Under the pieces are notes generated by a model. The model had not been told where the DNA came from. It made no database searches and saw nothing but the letters and a program-made list of their open reading frames with translations. Made by a program: the position numbers and the translations under genes. From Amphiscolops sp. MND2022 (taxonomy: Eukaryota), in contig OZ076409.1 of the NCBI GenBank assembly GCA_964187785.1, forward strand, positions 61,320,001-61,384,000: 64,000 nucleotides of DNA, given 5' to 3'. Below are positions 24,071 to 33,838 of the stretch, piece by piece (the first letter of the stretch is position 1; every line of letters starts with the position of its first letter).

Positions 24071-26350
24071 AATTAAGCCAAGTGTCCAAATGAATAAGGC
24101 AGAAGGACTTTAACCCAAGTGACTACAATACAAGTGACCAATTTCCCTCGAGGTAGTTTTTCTTGGTAAAAAACACAGCTTAGAGTGGAGAGCAAAAAGC
24201 ACCACAAGGCTTTTTCGACGGGGTTTCACAGTTATGCTGAAGCGCGTGAAATTGAGATTTATCGTTAAAAAATATACAGTTTATACACTTTTCAAGCGGT
24301 GGCCATGGAAGTACATGGTTCTTTAGGCGAGATCAGTGAAATATTTTTGGGCTAGGGACAATTTGCCGAAAGTCATTTTGCCGAAACCCAATTCAATTTG
24401 CCGAACGTGAAGGACAATTTGTCGATTTTTTTTGGCAATTTGTCCTTTTGAATTTGCCGAATATTGTAAGGACAATTTGCCAAATACCTAGCGTTTTCAA
24501 ATAACAATGTTTTTGACCGTCGGATATGCCCCCATTTCCTCTAGTGCCCCGCGGGTGGCTGTAAATAGGTTGAGTTTTTCTGGTTGAAAGGGCAGAGGTC
24601 GAACCTTTTGATCGAATCGCAGGGATCGGTCGATCTTGATCGGAGCCTTCGGATCGCAAAATTCTTTGTTTGCCTCAAGTCGATTGACTATCATAGTGTG
24701 GGGCATATGCTGTGAATGCACGCTCGCCCTCACCGTCGCAAAAACCAGAGGCATGTAAATCCGCTAGGTGACTAGGTGAGCTAGGAACTGGGTAACTAGG
24801 TAAATATTGACTAGTTGACTGGGTATTCTATTTTTAAAAACTGGGTAAATCTTTTCGAAATACTTTTGTCGAAGTAATTGCGTCGATGCCATTGCAAATG
24901 TAAAATGGTCAAACAATGTTTTGGCTGTCGGATATGCCCCATTTCCTCTAGTGCCCCGCGGCCACTTGGGGCCGCTTATGTTCCCATCTTGCTAAGGGAG
25001 GTCGAACAGGAGCAAAGACCTACCGGGAACGGAGATCGCGAAGCGATCGTAGTGGGAGCTGGTCTTTGCGACGGTGAGGGCTAGCGTACACAAACCGGAT
25101 ATGCCCCACATTTCAGTTTTTCGATTTCTTTAAATCCTAGGCGGTGGAGCTCTCAGGACCTTGTTTGAAGGAAGTCCAGTTTACACCGGATATGCCCGTC
25201 CTGAAAATTGGAACTTGGTTTCTTCAAACTATTCCATTCGAATTTATTGCACTAGTTCATGTTCGAGCTTAGTAAATAGAACTTATTGCCCGAAGCCAAT
25301 TAAGCCAAGTGACCAAATGAATAAGGCAGAAGGACTTTAACCCCAGTGACTACAATACAAGTGACCAGTTTCCCTCGAGGTGGTTTTTCTTGGTTAAAAA
25401 AACAGCTTAGAGTGGAGAGCAAAAAGCACCACAAGGCTTTTTTGACGGGGTTTCACAGTTATGCTGAAGCGCGTGAAATTGAGATTTATCGTTAAAAAAT
25501 ATACAATTTATACGATTTTCAAGCGGTGGCCATGGAAGTACATGGTTCTTTAGGCGAGATCAGTGAAATATTTTTGGGCTAGGAACAATTTGCCGAAATT
25601 CAATTTGCCGAAACCCAATTCAATTTGCCGAACGTGAAGGACAATTTGCCGATTTTTTTTGGCAATTTGTGATTTTGAATTTGGCGAATATCGTAAGAAC
25701 AATTTGCCAAATACCTAGCGTTTTCAAATACCAATGTTTTTGACCGTCGGATATGCCCCCATTTCCTCTAGTGCCCCGCGGGTGGCTGTAAATAGGTCGA
25801 GTTTTTCTGGTTGAAAGGGCAGAGGTCGAACCTTTTGATCGAATCGCAGGGATCGAATGGAATGCGGTCGATCTTGATCGGAACCTTCGGATCGCAAACG
25901 TTCTTTGTTTGCCTCAAGTCGATTGACTATCATAGTGTGGGGCATATGCTGTGTATGCTCGCTCGCCCTCACCGTCGCAAAGACCAGAGGCATGTAAATC
26001 CGCTAGGTGACTAGGTGAGCTAGGTACTGGGTAACTAGGTAAATAATGACTAGTCGACTGGGTATTTTATTTTTAAAAACTGGGTAAATCTTTTTGAAAT
26101 ACTTTTGTCGAAGTAATTGCGTCGATGCCATTGCAAATGTAAAATAGTCAAACAATGTTTTGGCTGTCGGATATGCCCCATTTCCTCTGGTGCCCCGCGG
26201 CCCCTTGGGGCCGCTTATGTTCCAATCTTGCTGAGCGAGGTCGAACAGGAGCAAAAACCTAGCGGGAACGGAGATCGCGAAGCGATCGTAGTGGGAGCTG
26301 GTCTTTGCGATGGTGAGGACGAGCGTGCATACACCGTATATGACCCCATA
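23745..26350. repeat. Tandem duplication with a ~1.23 kb period and breakpoints inside cassette B
   Basis: CTTGCT(A/G)AG(G/C)GAGGTCGAACAGG recurs at 23761, 24988 and 26227 (offsets 1227 and 1239); the intervening sequence is duplicated. Confidence 0.93.
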
Positions 26351-26897
26351 TTTATTTATATGACACCATATATTAATTTATAAGGTACCAAGTTTCGTCT
26401 AAAAGCAGATAGTTTTGATCTATGTTGTCGTTAATTGTCTCAATTTACAGTTTTCTGACCATTAGTTTTGCTAAGTGTCTCAGAATTCAATGTACCTAGA
26501 CGATTTTCCTGAAAAACCTAGTAAATTTTCCACCCAGTAACGATTTATATAGTCAACTAGTCAACTAGTTGATTTCTCACACTCCAAAGCCCAGCTCCCA
26601 CTAAGATCGCTTCGCGATCTCCGTTCCCGCTAGGTCTTTGCTCCTGTTCGACCTGGGCTTAGCAAGATGGGAACATAAGCAGCCCCATGGGGCCGCGGGG
26701 CACTAGAGGAAATGGGGACATATCCGAGACACGTTTTAAACTTTTCTAGAAAATTCTATCTGCGGCAATTCGGTTGCTTTCCCAAAAATCAAAATTTCGA
26801 TCCGAGTTGTTTCAATCCTATTCAAAAATTTGGTATGTCGACCCGAGGACTAACTCTGATTTTCGATCCCGTTCCTTCGACGTATTTCCGCCCACCC
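25780..26897. mobile_element. Foldback element with GGGTGG...GGTCGA arms (nest level 2)
   Basis: Perfect 9-bp TSD GTGCCCCGC (25771-25779 / 26898-26906) lying inside cassette B. Carries an inverted cassette B split into 25937-25987 and 26586-26725. Confidence 0.85.
25988..26585. mobile_element. Foldback element with CTAGGTGA-type arms (nest level 3)
   Basis: 9-bp TSD AAAGACCAG / AAAGCCCAG (25979-25987 / 26586-26594) inside the level-2 cassette B. Arms of ~8-bp CTAG(G/T)TGA units; own cassette B at 26168-26349. Confidence 0.78.
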
Positions 26898-28356
26898 GTG
26901 CCCCGCGGCCTACTGGGGCCGCTTATGTTCCCATCTTTCTAAGCGAGGTCAAACAGGAGCAAAGTCCTAGCAGGAACGGAGATCACCAAGCGCTCGTAGT
27001 GGGAGCTGGTTTTGCGACGGTGAGGGCGAGCGTGCATACACCGTATATGACCCCAAATTAGATGAGGAGAAGTACCTAATCTATTTTAAACGCTTCGCAG
27101 GAGCAAAATTCGGATACGGGACAATTTGCCGAAAGACAAATTGCCGAAACCAAATTTGCCGAACGTGAAGGACAATTTGCCGAAAATTATTCGGCAAATT
27201 GTCCCGCATCCATTTTTTTACGAGTCTCTGTAAAATGCTTTGTCGTTTGCACGACAATCAACGAGACGGCAGCCTTTTGTGGCAACGGATCTCAAGGGCT
27301 CTTCAGATTGTCCATGTGGCCTATTTTCTAGGAACTGTGAGGGACAGAGATGCCTTTCAAAGATATTGTCACTTTTAGACATTTTTTCGTAAACCTGTAT
27401 ATAATTGCAACTTTTTTGAAACTAGTTTCTGCCAATCGACTGGGATAGTGGCTGGGGCGAGCGGGAATAACGTCCAAGGAATAACGTCTAAATTCAAAAC
27501 AGGAATAACGTCTAAAGGTTTAAACGTTATTCCCGTTTTTTTTTTTACGGTTTTCCTGTTTGTTTAGACGTTTTTCCCGAGAGTGAAAAAATTGATTTCA
27601 AAATTTATCGGATTTGAAAACTGACTATTATCAGATTACATGGTAGAATTCGAGATCATCGAAGGCCGACGTAAAAGCGCAGTTGTCTACATCTGCAAAA
27701 ACAGACTTGTTAAAAGCTAGGGGCGGGAATGTCGTCTGAGGAGTAACGTCTAAATTTTACTTATTTTTCAGGAATAACGTCTAAAGATTTAGACGTTATT
27801 CCCGTTTTTTAGATGTTATTCCCGATTTCGAAATATTGTTTTTTGTGCTGAAAAGTTTTGCCCTTGCACTAGTTTTCAGGAATGAACTATGAAATAATCG
27901 AAGGCCACGAAATACGAGCAGAAGTCTATGTGTCTGATGGGTACTTGTACCTAAATAAAAAAAAAACGTCCAAAATATCAATAATCTATGCAAATACGTC
28001 CGAAAAAAGGAATATCCTATAAAATCCAGAAAATATCCGAAAGTCATCACAATACGACTGAGAAACGGGGAAAAACCTATGAAATTGGAACAAAATCATA
28101 TCGTTTAAGATCTAAAACTAAGTGATATAAAATATAAAACGTGCCCTGGATGTGTCCCCATTCCTTCTAGTGCACCGCGGCCCCTTGGGGCCGCTTATGT
28201 TCCCATCTTGCTGAGAGATGTCGAACAGGAGCAAAGACCTAGCGGGAACGGAGATCGCTAAGCATATGCCCTACCCCGCATACACCGCATATGACTTACG
28301 TTGTGATATTTTCGCTTTAAGAAAACCTTTTTCGAAACATGAATAACGTCTATATA

Positions 28357-28556
28357 NNNNNNNNNNNNNNNNNNNNNNNNNNNNNNNNNNNNNNNNNNNN
28401 NNNNNNNNNNNNNNNNNNNNNNNNNNNNNNNNNNNNNNNNNNNNNNNNNNNNNNNNNNNNNNNNNNNNNNNNNNNNNNNNNNNNNNNNNNNNNNNNNNNN
28501 NNNNNNNNNNNNNNNNNNNNNNNNNNNNNNNNNNNNNNNNNNNNNNNNNNNNNNNN
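28357..28556. other. Assembly gap (200 N)
   Basis: Run of N. Confidence 1.
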
Positions 28557-28559
28557 CTG

Positions 28560-29195
28560 AATAAAAAGTGAATTGCAGTTTCTTCGGTTCTTTTACATGA
28601 GCATAGAGGATTGGCTGTTAGGCTTCAGTTGTAGGCAAAATTTTTCAGTGAGGGGTTGATGTCCAGGAGTACTTCTATGACATGCCTCATGAGCTCTTTG
28701 GTTGTGGATATCTTGGTCAAAACGGAGTCGTTTTCTACTCGAGGGACAAGATGTTTGAGATTTGTATCGAAGTCCGGATATTGCCATCTAGAATTCCTTT
28801 GCCTAAGAATATGATTTCTACTCGTTTCTTTATCGTAGCTTTGCTTGTCGCGTAGGTTTAATGTCTTTCTGCCGTAAAATTGTCTCAACGTATTTCTATG
28901 GCCCATAAGAAACGCTAAATCTGATTCATTTTCTTTTATTTGATTTGTCATATGATCATTACTTTGTAGAACTTTAGTTAAAGTTTTCGATGATATGTTT
29001 TGGCACAGTATGTCTATGGGTGGAATACCCAAAAGAACATTGCTGCTGCCGAATTTGCATTGTATCTGGTTTCCATTATGTTGCGGGTAATCTTATGTTG
29101 AAATTTAGTTAATTTAGTGATGTTTTGACTCGCCCATACAGGTGTGCAGTATAGTAAGGCCGGTAGGATCAATGTTTTGTACATAACTGTAAGGG
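28560..29195 (-). mobile_element. Non-LTR retrotransposon ORF2 C-terminal fragment
   Basis: MYKTLILPALLYCTPVW...FQHKITRNI...GIPPIDI resembles the region just after RT in LINE ORF2; frameshifted. Confidence 0.8.
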
Positions 29196-29441
29196 TCTAA
29201 AACATAACGTTTAAAACTTTAGACGCTAGTCTCAAAAAATGATTTATTTTAGACGTTTTTCCCGTTTTGTATTTAGATGTTATTCCTCAGACGTTCTTCC
29301 CGCTGCCACGTGTTTTGATGATTTTTTGACATTTTAGACGCTTTGGCCAATTTTAGACGTTATTCCCGTTTCTCAGACGTGTTTTGATGGTTTTTTGACA
29401 TTTTAAACGTATGTCAGTTTTAGACGTTATTCCGCTTTTTA

Positions 29442-29785
29442 GGGTGGCTGTAAATAGGTCTAATTTTTCTGGTCAAAAGGACAGAGGTCGAACCTTTTGA
29501 TCGAAGTGCAGAGATCGAATGGAATGCGGTCGAATTTTATTGTATTTGTTGTATGGCTCGGTCGCTTCGCTCCCTTCGCCACGTAGCAACATTGAGGCAT
29601 GGCCATATGGCACGTCGCTTCGCTTCGCTCCTGCATTCAGGGCACTAGGGGTATGTGAACATATCTGACTACGTTATAAAAATTTCGATCCGAGTTGTTT
29701 CGATCTAATTCAAATAATTTGGTATGTCGACCTGAGGACTAACTCTGGTTTTCGATCCTGTTCCTTCGACCTACTTCGCCCACCC
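29442..29785. mobile_element. Foldback element with GGGTGG...GGTC arms carrying cassette A
   Basis: Same arm family as 25780-26897. Perfect 9-bp TSD CGCTTTTTA (29433-29441 / 29786-29794). Cassette A at 29543-29679. Confidence 0.88.
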
Positions 29786-32340
29786 CGCTTTTTAGACATT
29801 CCACTTTTTAGACGTTATTCCGCTTTTTAGACTGTTATTCCACTTTTTAGACGTTATTCCGCTTTTTAGACGTTATTCCACTTTTTAGACGTAATTCCCG
29901 TTTTTTAGAAGTATTCCCGTTCATTTCAGACTTAGATGTTATTCCTTTAGACGTTATTCCCGGTGGACTTTGAGACGTTATTCCTCTTCCCCGTTGAAAG
30001 CGAAAATATCATAATGTGAGGCATATGCTGTGTATGCACGCTTGCCCTCACCGTGGCAAAGACCAGCTCGCGATCTCCGTTCCCGCTGGGTTTTTGCTCC
30101 TGTTCGACCTCGCTTAGCAAGATTAGAACATGAGCGGCCCCCAAGGGGCCGCGTGGCACCAGAGGAAATAGGGCATATCCGACAGCCAAAACATTGACCA
30201 TTTTACATTTGCAATGGCATCGACACAATTACTTCGACAAAAGTATTTCGAAAAGATTTACCCAGTTTTTAAAAATAAAATACCCAGTCAACTAGTCAAG
30301 TTTTACCTAGTTACCCAGTATTTTAAAAATAAAATACCCAGTCAACTAGTCAAATTTTACCTAGTTACCCAGTACCTAGCTCACCTAGTCACCTAGCGGA
30401 TTTACATGCCTCTGGTCTTTGCGACGGTGAGGGCGAGCGTGCATACACAGCATATGCCCCACATTATGATAGTCAATTGACTTGAGGCAAACAAAGAACG
30501 TTTGCGACCTGAAGGCTTCAATCAAGTTCCCAATTTCAGACGTTATTCCGTTTCTTAGACGTATTTCAATGATTTTTGGACATTTTAGGCCTGATTTTAA
30601 ACATTTTTTCCCGATTTTAAACGTTATTCTATGATTGATGTAAGCGCATCAGAGAAATATATAGAGTGGTCAGAACAAAGCCAGAGTGACTTATGGACAC
30701 TAAAATGCCCACAGTAGGCAGTAAAAGAAATCATCAAAAGTTATTTCTGTTTTTCAGACGTATTATGATGGTTTTATGATATTTTGGACCTTTTCCGATT
30801 TAGACGCTTCCCGATTTTAGACGTTATTCCTCTTTTTAGACGTTATTCCCCTGTTTAGACGTTATTCCCGTTTTTTTGACGTTATTCCCTAATATTTCAG
30901 TTTAGATGTTATTCCTTTAGACGTTATTCCCGGGGGACCTTTAGACGTTACTCCCTCTAAGTGGCTGGAATGAGTAGTTTGTTGGTTGTGTTTTTTGTTT
31001 CTAATGGGATAGTGGCTGGTATGTGGTTTCCTCCTTTCGTTGCAGACTACGGGTGTGTGTCCTCTCCACCTAAGATTATGTCACACATGAAACTTGATTG
31101 ATTGATCAAGATCCATGATATCTGATACATAGAAAAGTTCACAAATTAGTTTTGGGTATCAAGTTTTCAGGTAGGGGATCCGTGAATTTGTAGGAACTCT
31201 TTTCAAGTTAACAACACAATTAAGTTAACAATTAAAAAGGTTTCCTGGTCTAAATTTATCATCATGACAGGGATTTTGTTCACTGAAGAATACCAACATT
31301 TAAATTCGGCAAGCACAATCCTTTTTTGGTGCTTCATTTTCTCATCCCCCCGTGATCATCCAATAAGCATACAATTAGTTTTTTTCTTTTTTATCCAATG
31401 GTTTTTTATTATTATCAATAATTGATAGCGTACTTTTAATAATTGTAATAATTGATTTTTTAAAATGTGACGTGGTATGTGTATGTATTATCATACTGAT
31501 TCTTAATTTACTTGTATCAGAAGACTTTAAATTCGGCAAGGCTCCTGCCCTCCAATTTTGATAAATTGGTTCCTTTTATATGGACCCATCCATTGCAAAG
31601 CCGACAATTTACCCTGAGGGCTGCAGAGCGTTTCAGGTTTCGTTGTTTTTAATCGAAACTCAACCTCAAAACCTAACCACTTGCAGGAATACCACATTTG
31701 GATGTGTGCAAATCTCCCCAAAAAGGCGCAACAATAGTGCGCTTATAGTTAGATCTCAGGTTATCAGATCACAGGCGTATGTCAAATTTAGGTCTATGAT
31801 GATCCCCGAGATCAGATCTTAGGTTTAGATGCTAATAGACTTGGCACTGTTTTAACATGACACCGGATTAATGATGACGATCTATGTCATCTGAGAGAAA
31901 AACAGCCTAAATTTTGACAAGTGCTTCATTTCCAGATTTGAACAATAGCGTTGATTTTTAGGTGATCACTGATGATTATCAATGAAAGCGTAATGTACAA
32001 CTTCAACAAATCTGGCCAATCTCATTGTGGATAGATTCGGTGAAAACAACAGCTGTTCCGATTCTTGAACAAAATAAAGTATTTACTGGAAACATCAGAT
32101 AACCTATTTCTTCAACTTCACAAGCTAGAAACGTTCACATCGAGAAATGTTTTCAAAAAAGCGCTTTCCTTGCCGAAAAAACTATTTTTGCCATAAAAAT
32201 TTTGGGCTACATTTTTCTGTTGGAAGTTGGGTTTTTTCTGGGAGTTTTTTCGATGTTGCGTCTCGTTCTCCTTCTCCTGTCAATTTTTGCAGTTAGTGTC
32301 AAGTGTAGTTTTAGCGGACTTTTTTTCACTTTTGCCAGTA

Positions 32341-32513
32341 CAGTGGATCCCGGATATAAGAAACTCGCTTATAAGAAATACCCGCTTATAGTCAATGCGT
32401 ATCTTGACCCCGACTGGGAATTTCATTCCTTTTAAAACCCGGATATAAGAAAGTTCGATTATAAGAAACACCACTGTCGTTCCCCTGACGTTGATTATAT
32501 CCGGAATCCACTG
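32341..32513. mobile_element. Tigger/pogo-type MITE
   Basis: TIR CAGTGGAT(C/T)CCGGATATAA with TA on both sides; internal TATAAGAAA repeats. Confidence 0.88.
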
Positions 32514-33016
32514 TATCTTAGTTTATCCTCATCAAAGACCATACAGGAGCCACGAGAGTTTATAAAGTAGACGAGCGCATCTCAAAGCAAAATATCGGTA
32601 CCTGCGCATCGACTTTGAGACGTTGTTGTCTTTCTTAGAGACAATTCTTTTCTTAGAGACGGGAATTTTTTCCGTAATATGAAATTATGAAGATATCTGA
32701 ACTTTTTGATTGTTTTCAGTGGCAAGAATGAATATCAATTGAGTTCAGCAACCAAAAACAGCTTTTAAACAGTTTTGTTCTTGGACCAATCCAATGTTTG
32801 CCAAAATGAGCAAAACCCAAGAGAAGTCATTTCAATCAATTTTTTTTGTAATTGATTCCGCCATCATTTAATCTGTTTGCTCCAAATTATGATGTAGTTG
32901 AGTTTTACCAATTTTTGTTAGTTCACCAGTGATGTACAACCCATTTGATTCAAACAACCTGTGATTTTTGCGAGTTAACCTGAATTAACCTAGTGGTACT
33001 TTAAAGGAGCCTGCCA

Positions 33017-33250
33017 TTTTTAGTCGGCGCTTCATGAAGTGCAACGCGACTATTATAGTGACTTTTTTCAATAAACACGAACTGACCAAAGTAGTTCTTC
33101 AAAAGTTCTACGAAATACTATGCTGTCACATTGAACCATTTCGCCTAGCGAACTGAACCAAGAAGGTTTTTCCGCGTAACATACAGTACTGGGCGAGACG
33201 AAAGTTTCCCCCTCAGATTTTTTCGACATTGTGAGACGTTTGCCAGCAGG
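33017..33250 (+). mobile_element. Family C Helentron-like element, 5' part only
   Basis: TTTTAGTCGGCGC...GCGACTATTATAGTGAC head as at 55961; cut off by the family A copy. Confidence 0.6.
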
Positions 33251-33255
33251 CCATA

Positions 33256-33838
33256 TTATTATTATTTCTGCTTTAGCAGGAATAATTTTGAAATCTCAAA
33301 ATGTCTACTTTTTTCAGTACAATTCTTGTCACGATACTGAATAATTCAGATTTTGTTCGGCAGTGACTATAAGCGTAAGAATTAACTTTCTCAAGCTGCC
33401 GACGACAATTCAATTCTCGTGCGATGGAACGAGCGAGTGGTAATTATGCATTCGTAAGCTGACGTCATTGAGATGAAACGAGCGAATGTTCGTAATGGTG
33501 CTTTCGTTGTGCCGAGTTATTGAGACGAAGCGAATGAGTGTTGATTATACTTTCGCGGAGAGCTTCGCCTGCATTCAAATATATATTTGCTTTAGTCCGA
33601 GATATACTACTATTACTACTAAAAGACTGAATTGATTCTAGTCAGAATTGATTCTAGAAAGAAATACTTGATGATATTTACATGTACAGATTTTTTAACA
33701 ACAGATTTAAAGGCGGTATAAACTGGTAGAGTGCGCTAAATAATGATTAAACAGGAGTGTATTGGTAATCCAGATATGATTTTATTATTATGGAAGATTG
33801 AAGCAGAAGTAGTAGTGTGCCCCGGAGGGGCCTATTTT
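33256..33838 (+). mobile_element. Helentron-associated (HINE/DINE-like) element, family A
   Basis: 5' palindrome ATTATTTCTGC-TTTA-GCAGGAATAAT; 3' subTIR GCAGAAGTAGT; hairpin GCCCC-GGA-GGGGC then CTATTTT. Other copies at 45824, 59151 and 63131. Confidence 0.8.

Larger units (their letters stand above)
25576..27211. mobile_element. Outer foldback element with GACAATTTGCCGAA arms (nest level 1)
   Basis: Left arm GGGCTAGG(A/G)ACAATTTGCCGAA (also at 24349); right end TTCGGCAAATTGTCCCGCATCC. Its cassette B is split into 25748-25779 and 26898-27055. TSD not resolved; 27112-27211 may be a separate mini-copy. Confidence 0.6.
27456..30959. mobile_element. Large composite foldback with GGAATAACGTCTAAA / TTTAGACGTTATTCC arms (MULE/Phantom-like), spanning the gap
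   Basis: Dozens of GACGTTATTCC subunits; candidate 9-bp TSD AGTGGCTGG (27447-27455 / 30960-30968); FLYWCH-like peptide starts at 27640 and 27882; cassette B at 28147-28293 and 30018-30181. Continuity across the N gap is unproven. Confidence 0.6.

Noticed and set aside
24955..25035. Pistol or twister ribozyme in cassette B
   Set aside because: Only superficial word matches; the required pseudoknot pairings are absent.
28339..28560. 73-aa ORF
   Set aside because: Artefact of the N gap.
29790..30960. TTTAGACGTTATTCC repeats as a CRISPR array
   Set aside because: The units are short, degenerate and nearly adjacent, with no unique spacers and no cas genes. They are foldback arm subunits in eukaryotic DNA.
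31965..32000. Minimal hammerhead ribozyme (CTGATGA...GAAA)
   Set aside because: I could not form stems I and III with a valid NUH cleavage site.
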